From: Tepidiformaceae bacterium | Lineage (GTDB): Bacteria > Chloroflexota > Dehalococcoidia > Tepidiformales > Tepidiformaceae | NCBI GenBank assembly: GCA_965207815.1 | Contig: OZ242314.1 | Span: 591,234-655,233 of the forward strand | Direction: 5' to 3' | Length of the DNA stretch: 64,000 bases | Shown here: in pieces, positions 51,820 to 60,359 of the stretch | How the letters are laid out: every line of letters begins with the position of its first letter | Numbering within the stretch: the stretch's first letter is position 1 | Program-made: the position numbers and the translations under genes | Notes under the pieces: model-generated | Database searches by the model: none | Told to the model about the DNA's origin: nothing | The model's input: only the letters and a program-made list of their open reading frames with translations

Positions 51820-53922
51820 TCAGCTTCTCACCACATCCGAGAGCAGGTCCGTGATCTCCTGCTCCAGTGCCTGCAGGTCCGACTCGATCTCCTCGAGCGG
51901 GCGCGGTGGCTCGTACACGTAGAAGTGGCGGTTGAGGGGAATCTCATAGCCGATCTTTGTCTTGCTCTTGTCCACCCAGGCGTCGGGCACATGCGGTAGT
52001 ACCTCGCGCTCGATGTAGGCGTCGACGCCCTCGCGGAGGGGAACGGTCTCGGTGGCGCGGAGCTCGGTGTCGGGCTCGGGGTTGCCATTACGGTCGAGAC
52101 AGACGGCGGCCTCAGGGTCGCGCTCCCCGAGGGCGGCAAGGATGACCTTCCGCTCGGGCGCGGCCAGACGCAGGTCGGCGTCCTTGGCCGCAGCGTTCAG
52201 CATCTCAACGAACGCCTCGCGGTCCCACACCACCTCGCCACCCGTCGCCTCCGCGAGCGAACCGAGCAGAGCGCGGATGGCTTCTTGACGCGCCCGGCCT
52301 TCCGCCACCTCTGCATCGTGCGCGGTCCCGGGCCGCTTCCGACTCGTCGACAGGTTCTGGAACGCACGCTCGTCCTCAATACGTGCGATGCGCTCCGGCG
52401 TGACGGCGAAGTTCAGGCGCAGGGGACGCTCGACTGTCACTTTGCGGTAGCCGAAGTCCTCGTTCGCGAACACCTTGCTCACAACGCGCGGCCGAGTGCG
52501 GGGTTCGCGCGTGACGGGGTCCTCGTCGGTCTGGTCGCGCGTCTCCCCGTCCTCGAAGTTCCCATGGATGATCGTGAGGTCGTCGATCTGCTCGGGCGAC
52601 AGCTCGTTCCGCTTGTTGCCGAGGCTCTTGCGCATCTTCACGAAGAAATGGCGCCCGTCGATGAGCTGCACATTGCCCTGGCGGTGTGGCTCCTTACGGT
52701 TCGTGAGCACCCAGATGTAGGTGGAGATGCCGGTGTTGTAGAAGAGTTGATCGGGAAGCGCGACGATGGCCTCGAGCCAGTCGTTCTCGATGATCCACTG
52801 GCGGATGTTGCTCTCGCCGCTGCCGGCGTCGCCTGTGAACAGCGGCGAGCCATTGAAGACGATGGCGATGCGGCTGCCGCCCTCCTCGACAGCCTGCGTC
52901 TTCGAGAGCATGTGCTGCAGGAACAGCAGGGAGCCGTCGTTGATCCTGGGAAGTCCGGCGCCGAAGCGGCCGTCGTAGCCGAGCGTGCGCGCCTCGTAGT
53001 CGATGTCGTGTTGTTGCTGCTTCCACTCCACGCCGAAGGGCGGATTGGCGAGCATGTAGTCGAAGGTGTGCCTCCGGCCGTCGGGACGGCGGGCGTAGCC
53101 GTCTTGCCTGAACGTGTCGCCGAGGATGATGTTGTCGGCGTCGTCGCCCTTCAGGAGCATGTCGGACTTGCAGACGGCCCACGACTCGTCGTTCATGTCC
53201 TGCCCATACAGGATTGGCCTCGAGTCCCGGTTGTGCTCGCGGAGGTACTTGTCGGCCTCGGAGAGCATGCCGCCGGTACCACACGCCGGGTCGTAGATGG
53301 TCTTCACGACGTGGCCGCGTCCGAGGTCGGGCTCCGGCGAGAGGAGCAGGCTGACCATCAGCCGAATGACCTCACGCGGCGTGAAGTGCTCCCCTGCCTC
53401 CTCGTTCGCCTGCTCAGCCCCAATGCGGATCAATTCCTCGAACACGTAGCCCATCTGGATGTTGTCGACGCGACCCGGCGAGAGGTCGACCCCAGCGAAC
53501 GCCTGGATGACCTGGAACAGCACGTTCTTCTCGCCCATGCGCACGACCTGAGCGTCGAATGCGAAGCGCTCCATGATCTCGTGCACGTTTGGGGAGAAGT
53601 CGCGGATGTAGGCGCTGAGGTTCTGCGCGAGGTTGTTGGGGTCGTCGAGCAGCCGTCCGAAGTCGAACAGCGAGGTGTTGTAGAAGGCCCGCCCGGACGC
53701 CTGGAGAAGGCGACTCACGCGCACCTGCTCGTTCGCGTCCGCATAGGCGGCGTCGGCATCGAGCACCGCCTCCTTCGTGTCCGAGAGCACGCAGTCGAAG
53801 CGTCGCAGCACGGTCAGCGGGAGGATGACCTTGCGGTACTCGTTCCGCTTGTAGTGCCCCCGCAACAGGTTGCAGATGTTCCAGATGAAGTTCGCAAGCT
53901 CAGCGTGCGTCCGCGGGTTCAT
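51820..53922 (-). CDS. hsdM: Type I restriction enzyme, M subunit (N6-adenine DNA methyltransferase)
   Basis: HsdM_N LANFIWNICNLLRG, SAM motif IYDPACGTGGML and catalytic LANPPFG. The start was reset to ATG 53922. Confidence 0.95.
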   Translation of the reverse strand: MNPRTHAELANFIWNICNLLRGHYKRNEYRKVILPLTVLRRFDCVLSDTKEAVLDADAAYADANEQVRVSRLLQASGRAFYNTSLFDFGRLLDDPNNLAQNLSAYIRDFSPNVHEIMERFAFDAQVVRMGEKNVLFQVIQAFAGVDLSPGRVDNIQMGYVFEELIRIGAEQANEEAGEHFTPREVIRLMVSLLLSPEPDLGRGHVVKTIYDPACGTGGMLSEADKYLREHNRDSRPILYGQDMNDESWAVCKSDMLLKGDDADNIILGDTFRQDGYARRPDGRRHTFDYMLANPPFGVEWKQQQHDIDYEARTLGYDGRFGAGLPRINDGSLLFLQHMLSKTQAVEEGGSRIAIVFNGSPLFTGDAGSGESNIRQWIIENDWLEAIVALPDQLFYNTGISTYIWVLTNRKEPHRQGNVQLIDGRHFFVKMRKSLGNKRNELSPEQIDDLTIIHGNFEDGETRDQTDEDPVTREPRTRPRVVSKVFANEDFGYRKVTVERPLRLNFAVTPERIARIEDERAFQNLSTSRKRPGTAHDAEVAEGRARQEAIRALLGSLAEATGGEVVWDREAFVEMLNAAAKDADLRLAAPERKVILAALGERDPEAAVCLDRNGNPEPDTELRATETVPLREGVDAYIEREVLPHVPDAWVDKSKTKIGYEIPLNRHFYVYEPPRPLEEIESDLQALEQEITDLLSDVVRS

Positions 53923-54459
53923 ACGCTCTCGGTCTTCAGGCGGACCTGCCTTGGCAGGCCCCTGGCAGGGTGTCTCGCCAGCCGGTGGGCGACGGGGCCA
54001 CATTGTGGCCGCTGCCGGGGTCTACCGCTACGGGGTTCATTCCAGAACCCCCCTCCAGGACCTTACGCGTCCTCCGATGCGCGGGAACACTGGCAAGCCC
54101 AAGACGGGAGTGCAGAAGCATGGACGACGCAACACAGGACACATACACCCCGGAACAGCGCGAGACGCTCGAGGCAGGTCTGCGGATACTGGCGCGGGTG
54201 ATCGTTCGGGAGCACCTGCGTCGGCAGGCAGGGGTTCAAGCTGATCCCAACGAAACCGCCTCCGGACCAGAGACGCGCTCCATTGGAGACGGCGCAGGGG
54301 CGTAGCGCAGATCGTCAGCGACGAGAGATCTCGCCTCGGGGGACGAGTTGACAGGCGTTGAAGGCCTCCTCGTCAGCCAGGCCCCACAGGGCGTTTGCCA
54401 GTAGGATCGTGAGTGCGATCGCATCTGGCCCTGCCAATGTTCCTCGTCGGCGATGAAAC

Positions 54460-57111
54460 TTGAACCACAACAGGCTTCGCGGCTACCTACGAGCGCTGTC
54501 CCGCGGGGCGCGTCAGCTTCGAGGGCTTGCCGGACGGACGAGGCAGACGCTCTCCAACCCCCAATTCCTGAGCGCCGTCTTGATCCTCGACGTGCTGGCT
54601 ATCCTCTTCCTCGTGTCCGTAGCGACTCATGTGCCCGACTGGCTTCCGGACCAGCACGACTCAGCGTCTCTCATTGGAACCCTCCTGACAGCCCAGGCGG
54701 CGATCGCAGCCCTCACCGTCGCGGTGACACTCTTCGCAATGCAGGTCATTGGCACAAGGCGGAACGCCGAGGACCGCACTCACAAGGAGTACATCCGACG
54801 ATCGTGGGTGCGACCCATCTCGTCGTGGAGCGTGGCGGCTGTGGGCGCGACCGGCTTCGTATTGCTGGCTCTGCACTTCGGCGGTTCGGCTGAGGTCGCG
54901 GCGGCCGATGCCCAGGGGTTGGGCAATCTTGCCCTGTTCGCGCCAGTTGGCTTCACGGCCAACTTGGCGCTAGCGGTCGTACTCCTTTATCGGGCCATTC
55001 ACCTCAGCGGCCCCGACCAATGGCGCAAACTCAGGCTTGCAGTCTTCAAGGATCAAGTGCGCGAAGCAGTTCAGGTGTTCCTTGGGCGTGTCCGAAGGGC
55101 TGCTGCTGCTCGTAACAACGAGGAGCCAGACTTCACTACGGCCTTCCCGGACCCGGGAGAAGAGGCTGCGAGTGAGGCGATCCGAGCGGTGCTGGGTGAT
55201 GCGCAACGAGCGATCGAAGAGCGTCTGAGTGGGGAATTCGCCCGGTCTCTTGACTCGGTCAGGGAATTGGTAGAGCACGCCATGGAGGAGATCGAGCAAG
55301 CGGGAGTCAGGTGGGCCCCACCCGGATCACAGCCTAGTTGGCCACCGCTAAGGGAATTGGATGACGACCTCTACTCACTCCGGAAGGAAGTCATCGGCCG
55401 CGACGATAGAGAACACGTCGAAGCTCTGCTGCACCTTGACTACTGGCTCCTGAGCACCGGAATGCTTCGCGGCTGTGGGGAGTTGTTTACCGTTGCACTC
55501 GAAGGGTATCGAAAGAACTCCGAGATCGCACGCCGGACCGACGACAACGAGTCGACCGAGCCATTTCGCGACCGCGTCTGGCAACTGGCTCAGGGACTCA
55601 TTCTCCACGTATCACTCACGGAAGCCGAGCCATACCTGACCCAGATGGTCCGCCACCAAGAGCGCTTGTTGTCCGACGCGATGGCTCTCGATCTCGCGGC
55701 AGACTTCGAGAGGATTCACAAGGCATTTCAGAGCGTCCTGCGCGCAGTCCGGTACCATCGGGACCTCTGGGAAACACCAAGGGCAGGACCCTCAGGACTG
55801 TACCAGCAGTTGGAGCAGAACTACCGCATCGCGCTAATGGGCCTTGGAGGACGCGCAGTGCTTCTGGCCGAGGCAGGAACCATCACCGAACTGGCTCCTT
55901 ACCTCAATGTTGTGGCGGGCGAGTATGGCGATCCCGACCGTTTGGCCAGTGACCTAGGGCCAGCACTTGATCGCGACGACCGCATGTACCCCTCCCAGTG
56001 GTTCGAGTGGGAACGAGAGGGCGCTCAGAGCCTCGAACTCCGACCGATCGAGCCGAAGCAATACCCCCTCAACTACTTTGTCGTCCGTCTGCTGGAGCTT
56101 GCTTTCGACGGAATGCCAGCCCTGAATCTACAGGGACACGCGAGCCGAGTGCTCGACTGGTTCAACCAGAACTCAGCCTGGCTAAGTCCATATGCCCAGC
56201 CTGACGGCGACATGACCATCGAGCAGTGTCACGAGGCTGTCGTCGCCGCTCTCCAGACTGCACTTGGTGAGGACTCAGTGTCCGAAGACCATGAGTTGAT
56301 CTCCCGCCAACTCAGTCAGGATAGAGTCGATGGCTTCGTCGCTAGCGTGTACGCCGGGGCATTTTCTAACAACGCCATCGAGAGCATCTTCAGGAGAAAC
56401 GGTGCGTTCCTCTACCTGTCAAACAACGCTGGCGACATCCCTGAGGAACGTGGTTTCCGCCAGTTCGAGAGGAAGGCGTTTCTTGCCGAAGCACCGGAAG
56501 GTGCCAAGACGTACTACGCCCCGCTCGAAATTGAGGAGTTTGGGTGGACCCTCGCCGACGACATCCTGCAGTTACTCTGCGAGGCACTGGATGATGCGCC
56601 CCGTAGACCATCCCCCATCGAGACAGGTCGGGCCTTCCTCCGAGCGGTTGACAGGGCTATCGAAGACCTTAGCCCGTCTGGTGAAGTCCTCGGCGTGCTG
56701 GCAGGGGACTGGAACGACATTGTTGATCGCCTGGACTTGGAGGAGCCCACCGGCTATGTGCCTCGGTGGCGTTCCCCAGAGGCTGAGTACGCCCAATACC
56801 GTGGCATCCCACTCTTGATCGGACCTGAGTACGGCCAGCGCCGCCTGTTCGTCGTTGAGCCTAGTCTGTGGGGGTGCCTTGTCCGTGCTCAGGTGGAGGG
56901 CGATCGAGACCTCCTAGTCGAGGTCGAGCCCATCACCGCAGAACGGGCACAGTATCTCCTGGATGCCAATCCGGCCCACTTCCCTGACGAGCCCGATGCA
57001 GCGTCGAAGCTGCGAAGGCTACAGACTTTGGTGGAGGTTGGTGTTGCCGCCCGCGTAGAGTTCCGGGTTGTCGACCCATCTCGTGCACGGCGTATCAATC
57101 CCTCCGAGTGA
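54460..57111 (+). CDS. Hypothetical 883-aa protein with four N-terminal TM helices and a large cytoplasmic domain
   Basis: Hydrophobic segments are AVLILDVLAILFLVSVA, LIGTLLTAQAAIAALTVAVTLFAM, VAAVGATGFVLLALHF and LALFAPVGFTANLALAVVLLY. I recognised no catalytic motif in the remaining ~680 aa. The TTG start is uncertain. Confidence 0.65.
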   Translation: MNHNRLRGYLRALSRGARQLRGLAGRTRQTLSNPQFLSAVLILDVLAILFLVSVATHVPDWLPDQHDSASLIGTLLTAQAAIAALTVAVTLFAMQVIGTRRNAEDRTHKEYIRRSWVRPISSWSVAAVGATGFVLLALHFGGSAEVAAADAQGLGNLALFAPVGFTANLALAVVLLYRAIHLSGPDQWRKLRLAVFKDQVREAVQVFLGRVRRAAAARNNEEPDFTTAFPDPGEEAASEAIRAVLGDAQRAIEERLSGEFARSLDSVRELVEHAMEEIEQAGVRWAPPGSQPSWPPLRELDDDLYSLRKEVIGRDDREHVEALLHLDYWLLSTGMLRGCGELFTVALEGYRKNSEIARRTDDNESTEPFRDRVWQLAQGLILHVSLTEAEPYLTQMVRHQERLLSDAMALDLAADFERIHKAFQSVLRAVRYHRDLWETPRAGPSGLYQQLEQNYRIALMGLGGRAVLLAEAGTITELAPYLNVVAGEYGDPDRLASDLGPALDRDDRMYPSQWFEWEREGAQSLELRPIEPKQYPLNYFVVRLLELAFDGMPALNLQGHASRVLDWFNQNSAWLSPYAQPDGDMTIEQCHEAVVAALQTALGEDSVSEDHELISRQLSQDRVDGFVASVYAGAFSNNAIESIFRRNGAFLYLSNNAGDIPEERGFRQFERKAFLAEAPEGAKTYYAPLEIEEFGWTLADDILQLLCEALDDAPRRPSPIETGRAFLRAVDRAIEDLSPSGEVLGVLAGDWNDIVDRLDLEEPTGYVPRWRSPEAEYAQYRGIPLLIGPEYGQRRLFVVEPSLWGCLVRAQVEGDRDLLVEVEPITAERAQYLLDANPAHFPDEPDAASKLRRLQTLVEVGVAARVEFRVVDPSRARRINPSE

Positions 57112-57247
57112 GTCTGACAACCCGAATCTCTCCCACGCGGTGCTTCCCCGCGAGACCCTCCAATGGAAGGGCGGAGCGCGGTCGTCTTTGGCGGCCGGTA
57201 TTCCCAAGACCGTTCAATCGGGTCACTCCGGGACGGTCCCGCGAGCC

Positions 57248-57478
57248 TCAGTGACGGCAGTTATGCGGGCTTGCACCAGCATCAGACGTTGACTGAGGCG
57301 GGACAAGATCGCCGAACTCCCGCGCTGTGTCGAGCCAGAGCTCTGCCGCCTGCTCAACGCTCTTTAGGGCTGCCAATCTGGTGTCGCCGTGGGCGCTGCA
57401 ACCGGGAAGCTCGGGAGCCTTCGCGATGAAAGCGTCGTCCTCGTTGCTCCAGTAGATGATGATTTCGTACTTGTGCAT
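57248..57478 (-). CDS. hicB: HicB-like (UPF0150) antitoxin-fold protein
   Basis: From ATG 57478: MHKYEIIIYWSNEDDAFIAKAPELPGCSAHGDTRLAALKSVEQAAELWL, the classic HicB N-terminal domain. No hicA is visible next to it. Confidence 0.7.
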   Translation of the reverse strand: MHKYEIIIYWSNEDDAFIAKAPELPGCSAHGDTRLAALKSVEQAAELWLDTAREFGDLVPPQSTSDAGASPHNCRH

Positions 57479-57694
57479 CCAGCCTCTGAGAGTCAACAAG
57501 CTCCTGGTGGATCATAGCGCTCGAACGCTACAGAGAGACCTCCCAGCGGAAGGTTCGCAGCACGGCAGCCTGTGGCCAGCCACCTCGCTCCCCTCCTGAT
57601 TCCTGCTCCGCGGCGAACGTACCGCGCCTCCCGCCAGGGCTGTCCCTCGTCCCTGAAGGGGAAGGTGTGGTAGTAGTAGCCGGGGAGTTACCGC

Positions 57695-58651
57695 ATGGCA
57701 TTGGACTGGGCGACCGCTGGGCTGCTGGAGCAGATGGCCGCGGGGGGCGGCAAGCCCCTGCACGAGAGCAGCGTCGAGGAGGCGCGGGCGCTCGCTGCCG
57801 GCATGGTCGAGCAGGTGGGCCCGGCGCCGGCGATGTTCCGCGTCGAGGAGCACAGCCTCGCCGTGCCGGGCGGCGCCGTGCCGGTCCGCGTGCTGGTCCC
57901 GATCGAGCGCCCCGCCGGGGTCATCGTCTACTACCACGGGGGCGGCTGGGTCGTCGGCTCGATCGACGAGAGCGATACCGTCGCCCGCAAGCTCGCCGAG
58001 CGCACGTCGTGCTCGGTCGTCCTCGTCGAGTACCGCCTCGCGCCCGAGCACCGCTACCCGACGGCCGTCGATGACTCCTGGGTCGCACTGGGATGGGTCG
58101 GCGAACACCTTGCCGAAGTCGCCGCGCCGGGCGCTTCCCTCTTCGTCGCCGGCGACAGCGCCGGTGGCAACCTCGCAGCCGTCATGGCCCTACGCGCCCG
58201 CGACCGCGGGGGTCCGCCGATCGCGACGCAGATCCTGATCTACCCGGTAACCGACGCCGACTTCGAACGGCCCTCGTACACCGACCCCGAAAACCAGCTC
58301 CTCCTGACCCGCGAGGCGATGGTCTGGTTCTGGGACCACTACGCACCCGACGCTACGCAGCGGGCCGAAGTGGACGCCTCCCCCTTGCGCGCCGCCGACC
58401 TTGCCGGGCTCCCGCCCGCCGTCGTCCTGACCGCCGAGCACGACGTGTTGCGCGACGAGGGCGAGGCCTACGCCGACCGCCTCCGGGAGGCGGGCGTGCC
58501 GGTGAACTTCATCCGCCACGAAGGCCAGACCCACGGCTTCTTCACGCTGCTGATGCTGCCCGGGAGCGAGCGGGGCTTCCAGCAGGTGGTGAAGGCCGTG
58601 CGCGCGGTGATCTACGAGCGCTCCAGGGAAGCCGCCGAGCCGGTACAGTAG
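57695..58651 (+). CDS. Alpha/beta hydrolase, hormone-sensitive-lipase-type esterase
   Basis: HGGGW oxyanion motif, GDSAGGNL nucleophile elbow, and C-terminal DVLRDEG and HGF. Confidence 0.9.
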   Translation: MALDWATAGLLEQMAAGGGKPLHESSVEEARALAAGMVEQVGPAPAMFRVEEHSLAVPGGAVPVRVLVPIERPAGVIVYYHGGGWVVGSIDESDTVARKLAERTSCSVVLVEYRLAPEHRYPTAVDDSWVALGWVGEHLAEVAAPGASLFVAGDSAGGNLAAVMALRARDRGGPPIATQILIYPVTDADFERPSYTDPENQLLLTREAMVWFWDHYAPDATQRAEVDASPLRAADLAGLPPAVVLTAEHDVLRDEGEAYADRLREAGVPVNFIRHEGQTHGFFTLLMLPGSERGFQQVVKAVRAVIYERSREAAEPVQ

Positions 58652-58698
58652 CCCGCGCGACAGGGCCCGCGGGCCGTCCCCGACGAGGGAGGACAGAC

Positions 58699-60333
58699 AT
58701 GACGACCGACACCAGCCGCGTGGAACTCGATGCCGTCGTGATCGGCGCCGGCTTCTCCGGGATGTACATGCTCCACCGGCTGCGCGATGTGCTCGGCCTC
58801 TCTGCGCGCGTGTTCGAGGCCGGCGATGAGGTCGGCGGTACCTGGTACTGGAACCGCTACCCCGGGGCCCGCTGCGACTCGGAGTCCTACCTCTACTGCT
58901 TCTCTTTCGATAAGGACCTCGCCCAGGAGTGGACCTGGAGCGGCAAGTACCCGGAGCAGCCCGAGATCCTGCGCTACCTCAGCCACGTCGCCGACCGGTT
59001 CGACCTGCGCCGCGATATCCAGTTCGAGACGCGCGTCACCGCCGCGCACTTCCGCGAAGACCTCAACCGCTGGGAGATCGAGACGGACCAGGGCGACCGC
59101 GTGCTCGCGCGCTACTTCATCACCGGCGTCGGCTGCATCTCGGCGGGACAGGTCCCCGAGATCGAAGGCCTCGAGAACTTCCAGGGCGAGTGGCACCACA
59201 CCGGCGCGTGGCCGCACGAAGGCGTCGACTTCGCGGGCAAGCGCGTCGGCGTGATCGGCACCGGTTCCAGCGGCGTCCAGGCGATCCCCGTGATCGCCGG
59301 GCAGGCCGACCACCTGACCGTATTCCAGCGCACCCCGCAGTACACGATCCCGGCTCGCCACGGCACCGTCACGCCCGAGTTCCTCGAAGAGGTCAAGGAG
59401 CAGTACGACGAGATCTTCGAGAAGACCCGCTTCTCGGCGGGTGGTACGCCCTACGGCGAGCCGGAGCTCTCGGCCCTGGACGTCGACGACGAGGAGCGCC
59501 GCGACGTCTACGAGGCCGCCTGGGAGGAGGGCGGGTTCCGCTTCCTCCTCACGACCTTCAGCGACATCCGCGTCGACCGGCGCGCGAACGACACGGCCGC
59601 CGAGTTCATCCGCTCGAAGATCCGCGGGATCGTCGACGACCCCGAGACCGCCGAAAAATTGCTTCCCCGCGACCACCCCTTCGGGGCGAAGCGCACGCTC
59701 ATCGACACCAACTACTACGAAACCTATAACCGGGACAATGTCGACCTGGTCGACATCCGGCACGCGCCGATCGAGGAGATCACCGCCAACGGCCTCCGCA
59801 CCCGCGACGGCGAGTACGAGCTCGACGTGATCGTGTTCGCGACGGGCTATGACGGGATGACCGGCGCGTTCAACCGCATCGACATCCGCGGCCGCGGAGG
59901 GGAGCGGCTCAGGGAGAAGTGGGCGGAGGGCCCGCGCGCGTACCTGGGCTTGTCACCCGCGGGGTTCCCCAACATGTTCATGATCACCGGTCCCGGCAGT
60001 CCCTCGGTGCTGAGCAACATGCCGCCGACGATCGAGCAGCACGTCGAGTACATCTCGGACTTCGTCGCCTACATGGGCGAGCACGATCTCGAGACGGCCG
60101 AGGCGGAGGCCGGCGCCGAGGCGGAGTGGGTCGACCACGTGAACGAGACGGCCAACGAGACGCTCTACATGCTGGCGGACTCCTGGTACCTGGGCGCCAA
60201 CATCCCCGGCAAGCCGCGCGTGTTCATGCCCTACGCCGGCGGCCTCGACGTCTACCGCGAGAAGTGCGAAGAGATCGCGGCGGCTGGGTACGAGGGATAC
60301 GTGCTCCGAAGCCGGGAGCCGGTCGAGGTCTGA
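58699..60333 (+). CDS. Baeyer-Villiger (cyclohexanone-type) flavin monooxygenase
   Basis: From ATG 58699: GAGFSGM (FAD), BVMO fingerprint FQGEWHHTGAWP and GTGSSGVQ (NADPH). The long upstream ORF extension (from 58093) overlaps the esterase gene and was discarded. Confidence 0.9.
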   Translation: MTTDTSRVELDAVVIGAGFSGMYMLHRLRDVLGLSARVFEAGDEVGGTWYWNRYPGARCDSESYLYCFSFDKDLAQEWTWSGKYPEQPEILRYLSHVADRFDLRRDIQFETRVTAAHFREDLNRWEIETDQGDRVLARYFITGVGCISAGQVPEIEGLENFQGEWHHTGAWPHEGVDFAGKRVGVIGTGSSGVQAIPVIAGQADHLTVFQRTPQYTIPARHGTVTPEFLEEVKEQYDEIFEKTRFSAGGTPYGEPELSALDVDDEERRDVYEAAWEEGGFRFLLTTFSDIRVDRRANDTAAEFIRSKIRGIVDDPETAEKLLPRDHPFGAKRTLIDTNYYETYNRDNVDLVDIRHAPIEEITANGLRTRDGEYELDVIVFATGYDGMTGAFNRIDIRGRGGERLREKWAEGPRAYLGLSPAGFPNMFMITGPGSPSVLSNMPPTIEQHVEYISDFVAYMGEHDLETAEAEAGAEAEWVDHVNETANETLYMLADSWYLGANIPGKPRVFMPYAGGLDVYREKCEEIAAAGYEGYVLRSREPVEV

Positions 60334-60359
60334 CCGTCTGACCCGGCGCCACGTTCGCC

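Noticed and set aside
52285-54201. A 638-aa forward-strand ORF opposite hsdM.
   Set aside because: The reverse-strand frame carries the unambiguous NPPF and SAM-binding motifs, so the forward-strand ORF is an antisense artefact.
23508-57224. The shared 9-mer AATCGGGTC at 23508-23516 and 57216-57224, considered as attL/attR cores of the island.
   Set aside because: A 9-bp match between two ~200-bp windows is expected by chance at an appreciable rate, so it is mentioned only as a pointer for comparative analysis.
58093-58698. An N-terminal 200-aa extension of the monooxygenase ORF.
   Set aside because: The extension is Arg/Pro-rich and overlaps the esterase gene in another frame. A good RBS and ATG at 58699 sit directly before the FAD-binding motif.
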